DNA of 64,000 nt from Paragordius varius (GCA_964247055.1 OZ176052.1:11036001-11100000), one strand, 5' to 3'; shown: positions 39,801 through 51,500, counted from the first letter of the stretch. A program made the numbers and translations. The notes: a model not told the origin generated them from the letters alone.

Positions 39801-40454
39801 GTCAAAGCCGAAAATATGTGTTGGGTATAGTAGAAGGGATGATTAAACTCATGGAATGGTCAGAAGCAAATTGGTATCTTTTTTGCTAAAAAAAATAAAA
39901 AAATTGATTAAGATATGTTTAAAGATATATTTTCTACAACATGATTTATTTTTTTTCTTAACAAACACTTTTCCAGTTAGTGATGGTATAGTAGGTAGGG
40001 CGCCGGACTCTTACACTGGCCAGAGTTCGAACCCCGAAACTTCGCATTTTTGCCATCATCACTGTCAGCCCAGGGCAGGCGAGTGTTAAAAGCCTTCATT
40101 TGTCCGGATACAATTTAAGTCCTTACCCTTCAATAAAAAAGAGATACTCTAAACTGTATATTTTATTTTTTTTATTACATTTTTATTACACTTGTATATT
40201 GTAGTCCCTTTTATGAATACCTTATATGTCAATTTTTAAATCCTATGCATGATTTAAACTTTGACAATACATTCCGATCCCGTATTGAATCCTTTTTGCA
40301 TCCTGCGAACAATAAACAGAATCAAAACCAACCCCAAATAGAAAACCAAATTGTAGAAAATAAAAAATCTATTGCAATCCATTCTGAAAATGAATTGGAA
40401 AAGGTTGAAAACGAAGCGGTTGATTTTACTGGCAGCCAATGCAATATAAATTAA
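21885..40454 (+). CDS. RIC1: Guanine nucleotide exchange factor subunit RIC1 (RAB6A-GEF complex partner 1), multi-exon
   Basis: Ordered exons match recalled RIC1 motifs: TSKGYIHTF (22162), [13 protein letters not shown] (26518), [36 protein letters not shown] (26945), VQGGLVWW (27165), [12 protein letters not shown] (27789), [10 protein letters not shown] (31395), [16 protein letters not shown] (32585), LIILQN...QGKWDL (33230-33325), FMESGCIDW (39330); ends GSQCNIN* at 40454. Most junctions were traced but not every internal exon boundary. Confidence 0.95.
24745..25870. mobile_element. Outer inverted-repeat element (about 240 bp when empty) hosting the nested MITE, in RIC1 intron 24353-25873
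   Basis: Perfect 23-bp inverted repeat catttacaattcaaattcaccct (24753-24775) / agggtgaatttgaattgtaaatg (25840-25862), extendable to about 31 bp; imperfect aattcaa..ccct repeats inside the left arm. Confidence 0.65.
24922..25805. mobile_element. Non-autonomous hAT-type element (MITE), 884 bp
   Basis: 8-bp TSD GTTATATT at 24914-24921 and 25806-25813; TIR caaggcttggaac / ccgggcttggaac (11/13); many GAACC/GGTTC subterminal motifs in both 150-200 bp ends; AT-rich core. Confidence 0.85.
35152..38330 (-). pseudogene. Disrupted APE endonuclease-reverse transcriptase ORF of the RTE element
   Basis: APE motifs [29 protein letters not shown]; RT motifs [33 protein letters not shown]; C-terminal [10 protein letters not shown]...KGRPKLTW. 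Frameshifts near 37430, 36890 and 36450, plus TAG where W is expected at 36594-36596. Confidence 0.92.
38467..38543 (-). ncRNA. HDV-like self-cleaving ribozyme at the RTE 5' end
   Basis: Minus strand GGACATC-AAAATCCTACCTCC-ACC-TCCGCGT-GGT-GATGTCC-GG-AAA-CTTACAC-GAT-GTGTAAG-GCCAAC-GGAGGAGG gives P1 (7 bp), P3 ACC/GGT, L3 UCCGCGU, P1.1 CC/GG, P4 (7 bp), J4/2 GCCAA with putative catalytic C at 38479, and P2 CCU(A)CCUCC/GGAGGAGG. Confidence 0.9.
39973..40140 (+). mobile_element. tRNA-derived SINE-like element in the last RIC1 intron (39874-40204)
   Basis: Pol III A box TGGTATAGTAGG (39984-39995) and B box GAGTTCGAACCC (40023-40034); anticodon-arm-like CCGG-ACTCTTACA-CTGG; no acceptor stem; about 100 nt GC-rich body then AATAAAAAA. 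No TSD found. Confidence 0.6.
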
Positions 40455-41185
40455 TTGATTGACCGTTTATATTTAATTTCATAGAAAATTATTTAGGCGA
40501 TTTCTATTTATATGCAAATATATAATAAATTATTATAATGATCAATATGAACTTATATTAACATGACCCTTAATAGTATTCATGGAAAAGTTGACGACAT
40601 ATTAGAATCCGAAAGGTTCTGAAAAAATTTAGTAGTTAGAGGTTTGTAAAGTCATGATGTAATTTTAATTAAAATTAAAAATTGCAAAAAATAATTTTAA
40701 TTGAACATATTTCTATAGTTGAGTCAAGCTTTAAATATAAAAAGGTTTACAAATTAAGAAAACGTTGATGGTGAAAATTTTATATCATTATTGTTTTATA
40801 TAAACTATATATTGTACCAATTTTTAAAATAAACAAATTTGCGGAAATTTTACTTTTTACACGCAAAATTATATGTAAAAGAAGCGTATCATTAGATACA
40901 AGATTGTATATTTGATTTGTTAACCAAATAATTTTTTTATTAAATAAAAAATAAATAATTCAGGTCCATAAAATGCAGTTCAGGTTCACATGCGCACACG
41001 GATGCCGTTTGATTACACTACTATAAAGTTACTTATATAAAATTCTCAGAGTATTCTCTACGAATTCAATATCCGAAAAATTTCGCCCCAACTAGAAATA
41101 GAATATATATTGATAATCGGCACAACTTATTATGACCCACATATTATAATATATTTATTGTATTGAATTTCTTCAATATAAAAAA

Positions 41186-41614
41186 TTAATTCAGAGACAT
41201 AAGTAATTTTTGAGCAAATCGAACATTTAAAAACCAATGATTGTGTAGTTTATCAATGTCATTCATTGTTATTTCCGTAATTTTTGTGGCTTTTATTGAA
41301 TCAGTAGATGCATTGGAAATCGATCCAATAATAGCCAAATATTTACCGTTGGTTATATGTGCACACCCATTTGGTATATTAAAATAATTGTTAATCTTTA
41401 TTTTTCCGGTTTGGTCATTTAGGACAAAATAATCAGTAAAAACCTTATTAAAATTCATTAATACTTCATCAATGAATCCTTGTACCCAAACTAACATAAA
41501 TTCTATGTCGCCATTATCCAATCTTAACCTGAATTTTCCGTCATCAGTATCAAGGTGTATACTTTGTTGGATTTGCTCAATAAACACCTTGTTTATAATG
41601 TTTTTAGCATTCAT
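41186..41614 (-). CDS. RMI2: RecQ-mediated genome instability protein 2 (OB fold), intronless, 142 aa
   Basis: NKVFIEQI...LVWVQG...LNDQTG...IPNG...GKYLAIIG...IKATKITEI...HWFLNV matches recalled RMI2 pattern (KV..Q, VWMQG, L.D.SG, GKYVMV.G, AVKMTDL, W.LEV). Confidence 0.85.
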   Translation of the reverse strand: MNAKNIINKVFIEQIQQSIHLDTDDGKFRLRLDNGDIEFMLVWVQGFIDEVLMNFNKVFTDYFVLNDQTGKIKINNYFNIPNGCAHITNGKYLAIIGSISNASTDSIKATKITEITMNDIDKLHNHWFLNVRFAQKLLMSLN

Positions 41615-41636
41615 ACATTAAAATTTATTTTTTACC

Positions 41637-43071
41637 ATGACCAAAAGAAGAGTTACGTTTAGTGAGGATGTCGAAGTTAAACGATACAAAGATGATTCAT
41701 TGAATGTCTCTGAGCCCGCTATTAAAAACCCTCAAGCTAGTCGAATAACATATTCATTTAAATCCAAACATTCATTAGATAGTGACGAAGAAGATGCCGA
41801 TGATCTAAAGACGCTTCCATTACATGAAATAGAAGGTCTAAATTTGTGTAAATATTTTAGGTCAGGAAGGTACTACATTAAATGAGTATGATGAGATTAA
41901 AGTTACTCCTTTTAATATGAAAGATGAAATGGATGAGGGTCATTTTGATGAATGTGGAACTTTTATTTTCAAAAAGCAAACTGAAATAAGGTATAAATTT
42001 ATATTTATTCGTAATCTTATAGAGATAATTGGATAGACAATATTGATTGGATGGAAATTAAACGAAAGCATGGCGACAGCGGTACAGAAACAAATGGCCA
42101 AGAGAGTGATAGTGATTCTGAATCACTAAGTAGCGAGGAATCCATTTTGCTAAATAACCCTATTGAAATATATAAAGAAGTCAGTTTTATTTCGGATAAT
42201 TTGCATTGTTATATTATTTTATTACTTTTTTTAATTTTGATATTTAATAGATTATTACCAAATCATTAAATTAATATGTTTTGAACTTCACCGAGCTATT
42301 AGTGTCGAAAAACATTGCTTTCCATAAATTTTAGAACACTTATGTTAAAATATTTTTAGATGTTAACGTATTTACAGCCGGGTGAAAATGTGTTGAAAGG
42401 AATAAAACGTTTAGGCAAAACGCGAAACGATCAATCCAAAAAGTATTCTGCATCCGCAAGCGAGCGTTTACAATACAAAAAAGAACAAAGGGAACGGGAA
42501 AAACAAAACGCAGAAAACATGGAAGACAAAGGTACTGCTAAATTTTCATAAAAAAGTTTAAGTAAATTATTGATAGGGTGAATTGTATGAGTATAAATAA
42601 TGAAATTTTTTCCATAAAGAGTCGATTTATTTATTCGCATTATATGGAGTTTTTGATACAGAAGTTGAAAAGATTATTTTTAATTGTGCATATTCAGTCT
42701 TTGATCTTGTAATTGTTTTAAAAGTTAGTTTTTTAATACAAAGACTAGATTAAAAAACGTAGACAAACTTTTTTATGCACTCCCCTAATTTAGCTCCTAC
42801 CTCCATTGTTGATGATGATACGAATAAAGACGTGTCCATGAAAAACATGTTACGCCTCACCGAACTTTGCGATGAATTATTGCAAAAGGGAATATATGAC
42901 ATTTATGATTACACTTTTGAAAAGTTACAGTATTTGATTGAAGCTACTTCAGAAAACTCAGACCTTGGCTCTCAACAAAATCCCACACAAAATGCATCAA
43001 AAAGCCCTCATATTAAAGTAGCGCAAAAAGCGGTTGATGCTAACCTTAATATGTTTGATACTGTTGATTAA
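41637..43071 (+). CDS. CD2BP2: CD2 antigen cytoplasmic tail-binding protein 2 / U5-52K homolog, 311 aa; join(41637..41835,41861..41990,42023..42179,42360..42531,42794..43071)
   Basis: MTKRRVTF...FKSKHSLDSDEED...EIEGQEG...VTPFNMKDEMDEGHFD...IRDNWIDNIDW...LQPGENVLKGIKRLG...LTELCDELLQKGIYDIY. Introns of 25, 32, 180 and 262 nt; 936 nt in frame. No GYF domain seen. Confidence 0.92.
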
Positions 43072-43737
43072 ACACTGAATATTATATAACTGTATATATA
43101 TATATGTATAAATTTATTAGTTAATACATTTATTTTATGCCATATATAATAAATTATCATCCAATTTTGAGCATATTTATAATATATGATATGTTAGATA
43201 TTATATAATTTATTTCTAATATAATTTTTTGTTTGAAATATTTTGCACGGGTTATATAAGGCTTTGTTCTTTCATAATAGGTTTAAATCCAAATGGAATG
43301 GGATTCTTGAAATTGTCAAATTTGACTTCAATGATTGCGTTGTCGTTAACTAAAACAATATATAAAAATATTTCAAAAATACTCTAGACAAGAAGAGATT
43401 CTTATTTAAAGGAATCGCTGCTAAATCAACTATTTAAACGTAGAATTTTTCAGAAAAAAGTAAAATCACATTAAATTTGAACCACAAAATCAATTTTAAT
43501 AAACCGTTTGGAATTCGTTATTGCATATTACAAACACAGTTACAGTTTAGTTGTTGAAACTTTATTGGGTACAGTTTTTTGCCGAGATTATTAATTAATT
43601 TCGAATATTCAAAGCCAATTTATATGGATATAAGAATTCGTGTTCAATTTTAAGGACTATTTTCATGCACTTAGGTAGCAAGTGGTATTTTATGGCATTT
43701 TTAATACATCGTTTTCAATTTTGTTAAAAATCGAAAC

Positions 43738-43882
43738 CAGGGCTTCGAACCGGTATCCGGTTCCGTAGGTAATACCACGGTTGCTATTCCACTTCCTCAG
43801 GAACCATCCTGGGTTGTTTTTCAAATTCTTAGGAACCAGGCCTGTTACTGTTACATTTTTTTCGAACCGGTTCGAAGCCTTC
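43738..43882. mobile_element. Small MITE related to the 24922-25805 family
   Basis: TIR cagggcttcgaaccgg (43738-43753) / ccggttcgaagcctt (43867-43881); internal ggaacc/ggttcc motifs; no clean TSD. Confidence 0.6.
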
Positions 43883-44005
43883 TCTTAAGCTCGTAGTTTC
43901 AAAATCTTTTAATGTCATTAAATAAACATTAAGTGTGAATATTATGCCATTTACATCTCAAAAGTTGCACTGAAGGAATTATAATTTCCTTTTATATTTT
44001 GTTAA

Positions 44006-44688
44006 TTACAGGATAAGGTAAAAATTAAAAGAAACAATTTTTATGTTTCTATCCCAGGAGAAGCCATTGATTAATAAAAAGGTAATTAAGGACCTTTTTA
44101 ATAAAACCATATATAGCATATATAAAAAACAATACCAACCATAAAAATATGGATATAAATAATCATTGACTCTAACGTTTTCTACGGTATATTCTTCCAA
44201 AATATTCCCATTTTCATACAACTTCATTGAAGAGTGATCGTATGATAAACCCTAATTTTAAAAAAATAGATACGTAAATGACATTTTCTTTTAATGGTTT
44301 ATTTTGTTTGATTAACTTTTCATTGAAATATATGGTTCCATTTTCTCGGTAAGTCCAATTATTAGGGCTATATTTTGGGTCAAGATCCAGGTTCACTGCT
44401 CTAGTATCTAATCCTATAGCCCATACACCTATTTATTAAATAAAAATTCTCGCACCAATATGTTTTATTTGGAATTCAAGATATGATTTATCCTGTAAAA
44501 GCGGAGTGTTTGCTAAAACGCCACCTTTTCCACATAAGCGTTGATTGCATTTTATTACGATAGCTTCTTTTCCTAATCAAAAATATATCTAATGGTAAAC
44601 CTAGGTAATGTTCATCCAAACATACTTCATTAACCTTTGGTGATAAGTGATTTCTGCTAGAGCACCAGCAAATTTTTAAAAAATTCAT
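44006..44688 (-). CDS. SPRYD7: SPRY domain-containing protein 7 homolog
   Basis: With introns 44573-44600 (28 nt), 44429-44455 (27 nt) and 44252-44273 (22 nt) removed: MNFLKICWC...VCLDEHYLGKEAIVIKCNQRLCGKGGVLANTPLLQDKSYLEFQIKHIGVWAIGL...ENVIYGLSYDH...LYPYFY, matching recalled SPRYD7 (RICGTGG.LA.APL.Q.KSYFEF; G.TYDH; VYP). The last exon and true start are uncertain. Confidence 0.88.
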
Positions 44689-47600
44689 AAAATATTTGCA
44701 TAATATGTGGATTTGTTCAGGTGCATAAACGTCATAGGTAGGGGGCACACCTTTGAACTGTTTATATGCTATTATGAATTTAAATTATTTTTACTAGTAT
44801 TTGGACATAATTTTCCAATTTTATTAAAAAAAAACTATATAATCATGCGATATTTTTTTATAATTAGTTTAAATTTTGGCTGTAAAGCATTATACACTTA
44901 AATAAAAATGGTTTTTAAATTATTCTACCACATAAAAAGATACTTCTTCAGATTCAGCAAAACCCTGGTGCACCAATAAACTTCTATCTTTATTATCTCA
45001 CTGAAAAAAATATTGATTTGTAGTGGTAATAAAACATTTTTTGGATGAAATTACAGTTACGCTAAATTATCGATAGCGAACATCAATAAATATGTGTTTT
45101 AAAAATATCTTTGTAATATACTCTTCATGCCGTATCTACACATAAAAAACGACATGAAAAATGTTTATTACGATGTTATACGGAATATATATTTTTTAAC
45201 ATAATGCGTATTGTATATATCCGATCTTGATTGTTATTCCTGCATCATATAAATATTTTATTAGAATTTTTGTGTAAAAAAAATAAATTTTAATTTTATT
45301 AAAGAAAATCCAAATTCAAATGGTGTATATATTACGTTATGTGTAATGCTGGAATTCTAGCCAATAAATACACAAACTGAGCGTTATATAATAAAAAATA
45401 CTGTACCGTAATACGTTATAATTCTTGATATTATTGATACATATTTGTAATGGATATTCAGCGTAAATCAGGTTTTTTGAACTTTTTATATATAATTTAT
45501 ATACTGATATATGTAATTTACATAAACTGTGAAATATTATCTCGGTTAAATAAAAAAACCAGCCAGACCACTTTTGAAAATATCTTTCTTTATTAATTGT
45601 TTCATAAATAATTATAAATAAGTAAGTGATTATTACATTTTAATAAAAAATTCCTGATATAATGTGGATAGAAATAATATTGTATCGATTTGTTAAAATA
45701 ATTGCTAATAGTTATTAAAATGTAATCATAGTTTAAAAGTTTAGTTTTGAAATAGCGGCTCTCTATTGCATTTGCATAAAATATCTTTGTGCTTTAGGTT
45801 ATTTTTTCTCACTCATCATGTAAATATTTTACTGAATAATTGTTTTAAACAATATAAATTGAATTGAAAAGATATTTTATAATATATGATTAAAATGCTA
45901 ATTCACACGTTTGCATTAAAATATTGTTTTACCAAAAATTTTAACCATAAAATATTTATACATCCAATTTTATTATTAATTTTGTCCGTTAAAACCTAAA
46001 ACTCTCCTATATATATTATTGATTTAACCAACAACAGTAATTCTTTTTATACGCTTGTGTAAATATATGGATAGCTAGATTTTTTATATGTTTACCAGTT
46101 CCGCCTTAAATTGTAACACAACAAAATTTTTATATGAATATTATGTGTTTTTTGTTTGATTTCTCACCTTTATAAGTAATTGATTGATAATATACATGAA
46201 AAGATTTTTGGTTGAAACCTTGTATATAAACTAAATAGTGTCGCTGGACATGTCACGTTTTCGACATATTAAAAAATTTGAATGCAAAACATATAATATA
46301 TTTCCCACAAAATTTATTTGCTTTTTTACCTTTGCTAACAGTCTAGTATTGGAATTCCTAAACTTATTTTATAAATAATAAAATTATCATCAAAAGTGTC
46401 ATTTTTATTTATCATTATGCAATCGATACAGAAATTATCATATTCTATGTCACGTCACCAATTGTTATATAAATTACTTAGAGGTAAACACACGTTTCTT
46501 TACTAATTAAACCCATTTAATAATGTAAAACCTGATTTTTGGGTTAACATTTATAAAGATTTTTGTTTTTTTGTTAAAGTATATTTAAAAAAATGGAATA
46601 AAGGGGCTCTACTGAACTGGATAGTTTTGAACGCAATGAAATAAATGCTTCAAAATTTTTGCGCGCCTTACTTATTTATTCCAATTTTATAAGCATCTTT
46701 GTGTACATAATATATAATTCTTTTTTTGATACCTTAGCATTTATATGGGTTAACTGGATAAAATGGGAAATATGACAGCGTCAAATCTTGAAATAAAAAA
46801 ACACAGGTTTAGTTTTTAACAAACCTTAACACGACTCTTTGCAAATAAATAACTTGACTTGTTATAAACTATCAAAAATATATTTTTACCAAAAGTCTGA
46901 GTAATTTTTGCATTAATTTAACCCTATTTGAGAATGAAATCGAAGAATTAAATAAATTAAACTGGTGTTATTACGTTCGTTATGTCATACATGCATTCAA
47001 GCCATTTTGATTGGGTTTGGGTTAAGGACCTGTCAAAAAATTATTGGTCTAAACTATTTAAACCGTACCGTCAAAAAAAATCTTTAGATGGCTAATATTT
47101 GTACTTAATGATCATCTTAATAAAAATTGTCGGTGATTAATGTGTAATTTTTAACGAATATGTAATTCGCACACAAGCTATTTAAACTTTTTAATAATTT
47201 TATTCTATATTCTTAAGCAGAAATTTTTTGTTGTCCAGAACCAGCATACTTTTACAAATTTTGGAGCAATTTTACCCGTTGTGATAGAAATAGCTACTCT
47301 ATCTATAATTATATAGATTCATGTTTTTTATATAATAAAGCTTGTATCTAAATTTTAAAAATCTCGTTCTCGAAGGTCATAGGCCGGTAAACTGTATAAG
47401 AGGCGGGAGTTAAGGTGTGCGGAACGAAAATATAGCGACTAATTAGGGTTAAAACTTAAGGCCAGCCGGGTACAATTCGAAATTCAAATTTAAAATGCTA
47501 ATATTGTTATTTTATTAGTTAACAAAAAATTTAATAGCGAATATTAATACTCAATTTATTAACTGGCTTATTAGCTTATATTCGAAGGAGCGATATTTAT

Positions 47601-48416
47601 AATTGTAACCAACTGACAACTATTTAAATGAAAAATTTACCATTTTAAACAATCGGTTTCTCCATATTCTAAGATGAAGTTTCTTGGGCAGCAAATTCCA
47701 ATTAAAAACATTGTAAATTATGAAGTAATTGTAATAAATTTTATGTAATCTAAATAATAATCATTCATATTATTGGGCTAAATTATCATTTAAATTATTT
47801 TAATTAGAAAAAGAAGTAGTTATAAAAATTATTAATATATTTTAACGCTCCCATTTTATACTAAAAGATCTTTTTTTGATGATCGACAGTTTAAATTGTT
47901 TTGTGTAATATTTTGGATTTCCCAAATATTCTTTTTCTAATATTGGTTTATTATATTTGTATTTATATAAAACGTCTCTAATTTTTTTTCATTAGGATTA
48001 ATGTTTAATTTTATAGGGCTACAAAAAAACCATCAGTTTTAACTTTCAAAATAAGGATGTTCAAATTATTATCGCAATTATGCCCTCAAGGGTTTTTTTG
48101 ACAAATTAATCATTATTTTTGGATCGGATTTAAAGCTTTACACCTCATTTTTGGCAATATATTATATAACCAACACATATTTTATATGTACGGTTACTAT
48201 TGTATTTATTAATAAAGAAGATATAAATAATTGATATATGTATGTTACCTATTGTTTATTCCCGCGGTATATATTAATAAACAACTATTTAACTCGAGAA
48301 TGACTAAGAATTTTTAATTGACTTATTTTTTAAATACATCTCTATCTCCATATTTCGTCCCCATACATTAAAAGGAATATAAATTTTGTTATAAATATAC
48401 TCTTTTGTCATTACAG

Positions 48417-48558
48417 AAATATTGGACGTGATGGAAGAACGGGCCTTTATTAATTGGATAAATTCTGAGCTCAAGGAGGTAAATATATATTTTATTCTGG
48501 AAGTTAATTATTATTAAAAAAGCATTTTAAAATGCTTTTTATTGGTAATTTTTGTCTT

Positions 48559-48593
<35 letters not shown>

Positions 48594-51500
48594 ATGGACA
48601 TTAATGTTGGTCAATTCACATTATTATTGGCCAATTGGTAAAACAGCAGCGTATTATATAAAACAAAATTTGTACATAATTGAATAAAATTTAATGTTGA
48701 GAGATAGGAAAAAATTGTAATATCAACCATGCCCTTTTGTAATCATATACTACTGTGTTGCCATTTGGCTAAAATAATATGAATTGACCATATATTTTAA
48801 ACAAAAACCAGAAAAATTATACTTGCCTTCATATGAAGAATTTTTTGAAATTACCAATTAAACTATAAAAAGAAATATCCAATTTAGTTTTTAATTTAGA
48901 GTTAAATGGATGTAAACTTGTTTTAAAATTAAAAATTGTTTTCTCTAGCTCGGAGACAATGAAACAGTTACCGATTTAAGTAAGGATCTTAAATCGGGTG
49001 TCATACTACTTAAGTTGATTGGGAAACTTACGCGACAAAATTTGAAACCACAACAATCCTCGACGACTGGGACAGATCAGAATCTCATTATGGACAGTGT
49101 GGCAAATATTGAAACGGTCCTTAAACAATTACACCAATCTGGGGTACAGCACAAACTTTTTTTATTGCACAGTAAATAGAAAAATTTAAAACATAAAAAT
49201 ATGAAAATCATTTTTTTTGGAACCGCGATCGATGTTGTATTTAAAAAGTTTTATGGTTCGTTCTCCTAATCCCGTTAGTATAACCCCATCTATTGATTCC
49301 ATATAGCATCATTTTAAAATGATTTTAGCACTTGTATTAATTATTGTTGTATTAAATATCTAGGTTCCGATTGGGAAAATTCGGGCGCATGATATATATC
49401 AAGGCAAAAAGGATGTCATTCTTCCATTATTATGGAATATGATTTTATATTATCAGGTGAATACATTTATATTTTTTGAAATATCAATGATTTCGGTTTT
49501 ACTATAAAAAAAACTTAAAATTTTTATGCTGGTGCCATCAGGGAATCATGCACCCGGCGCCAGAAAGGCAAGGTACGCCTCTGCAGGGTTTAAATTTCTA
49601 AGATTTTTTTATATTTTTATGGGTGTGTATATGACATATTTTTTCAATAATATCTTATATTAACACATTAATATTAAACATTTTGTTTTCGACAGATAAA
49701 ACCGCAAAATCCTGAAACTTGGTCCATGCTTATGGAGAATCGCAGTAAATACAATGATATGCGGAAAACATCATTGAGCGATACAAGTGATTTTTTAGAA
49801 AGTCAACATCCTTTTTTCCCAACGTTCCCTATGGAGTTTTTTGAAATGGGCTACCCAAGGGAATTGTTACAAGATTGGTGTAATAAATATTATGGGTATA
49901 CAAATATATTTAATAATGGATAAATCATGATATATTATTAAAGTTCTGCATGAACTTGAAGAAAGTTTTTTAAACTATAAAAATCATCCGTTTTGACTAT
50001 GTTAAAATATATGTTTTATTTAATTCTGGGAATCATTCTATATTAACCTTAAATAATTTAGCTTTTTACCTATTGATTCAAACCAATGCAAATCAATTGC
50101 ATATATTCCATATTAACCTAAAATAATTTTAGCTTTTTTGCCTATTGGTTCAAACTACTGCAATTTTATTGAATATATTACATATAAACCGAAAATAATT
50201 GAAAAAATTGGCCATAAAGAAAAAAACGCTTTTAATTTATAATTCTCATTGTCTTTACTAAATGGTAAATTAACTAAATAAAACTGTGGTTGTTGTATAT
50301 TTAGTATTTTGTGTGACCTTCAAACGCTTTATATTTATCTTTCGTGTTGAGTCTAAAATTTTAATCGATCTACTAATATACTTACTTATTTATAAACAAT
50401 GTCCAAAACAATTATAATAAATTTTTATACATTCTTTGTTGACTTAAAATAATATCGATTTTTCTTTTAAGTTTTTACATTCTATTTATAGGTAAAATTA
50501 AATAAAACATGGCTCATCGCCAAATTAACGTTAACAAATATAATATTTACGTATCCTAAGCAGGTGGTTAAAAATTGTTTTATTTCACTTAATTATTTAA
50601 AAAAATTATATTTTTTTGTTAAAATGAAATTTTTAAACTTTTTATTTAGCCCAATTGATCCCAAATCGGCTAGAAATGTTAGAGGAAAAGATGAAGAAAT
50701 TCTCTTGCTTAACAATCTTGTCGATAAAATTTTGCAGTCGCCAGGTACCACTGAAGATAAATTTATATTTTTTTATTTAGTCTAAGATATGTAAATTTGA
50801 ATGATATGCAGTTAAATATTTTAAAAAAAATTAAACGTTTTTTGACTTAATATATCATATAATTATAGCCAGTAAAACTGATTAAAGCTGGTTTATATAA
50901 TTAAGGAGTTTTTTACATTCATATACTCAATTATATGTTTAAAAGGCGAATCTTTTTAAAATTACATAATTTCATTTTGTTTTCAATGTTGTGTGCTCTT
51001 AGATTCTCGAACATCCAAAATCTCGTTAGATCGACTGGACAAAGATACCGCTGATAAAACGCTAAAAACCCCGACCACATTTGAAATGGATAGACTTGAA
51101 AAGGCTTATGATATTGTTGGCCATAACATGGGAATATCTACGCTACCATTTTGTAAATCGTTTGATTACTATAAATTCTATTTTAAATTTAAGGATTGGA
51201 ATCAAAAATCGTTATTCGTATTGATAAAATTATTTTTCTTTAGTTCTTTATCTTAAATCGTTCTGAACAACAAAGGTCCGGCTGATGGTTTTTTAGGGTA
51301 AAATCGTTTTGATTTTAAACTTGTTTTTAATTGGAAGCCGATTACTTTGATACAGTATGAATATATAGGCTCATAAATATTATAATTCAATTTATATATA
51401 TATTTATATTATTTACACTTTTGTAAAAAAATTTAAAATTCTTTTTGATTCAAAAATAGAAGACAATTTGAAAAAATAAGTCGCTCTTCTTCTGAAATAC

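Noticed and set aside
39973-40050. Functional tRNA gene
   Set aside because: No 7-bp acceptor stem, weak T stem and truncated variable region; treated as a SINE head.
46763-46806. Candidate first exon (MGNMTAS...) of the CH-domain gene
   Set aside because: Its donor is phase 2, while the CH1 exon at 48417 needs phase 1; no bridging exon was found.
49525-49590. GC-rich intronic patch as a structured RNA
   Set aside because: No convincing fold; more likely an orphan MITE end (...ggtacgcctctg) with no partner TIR found.
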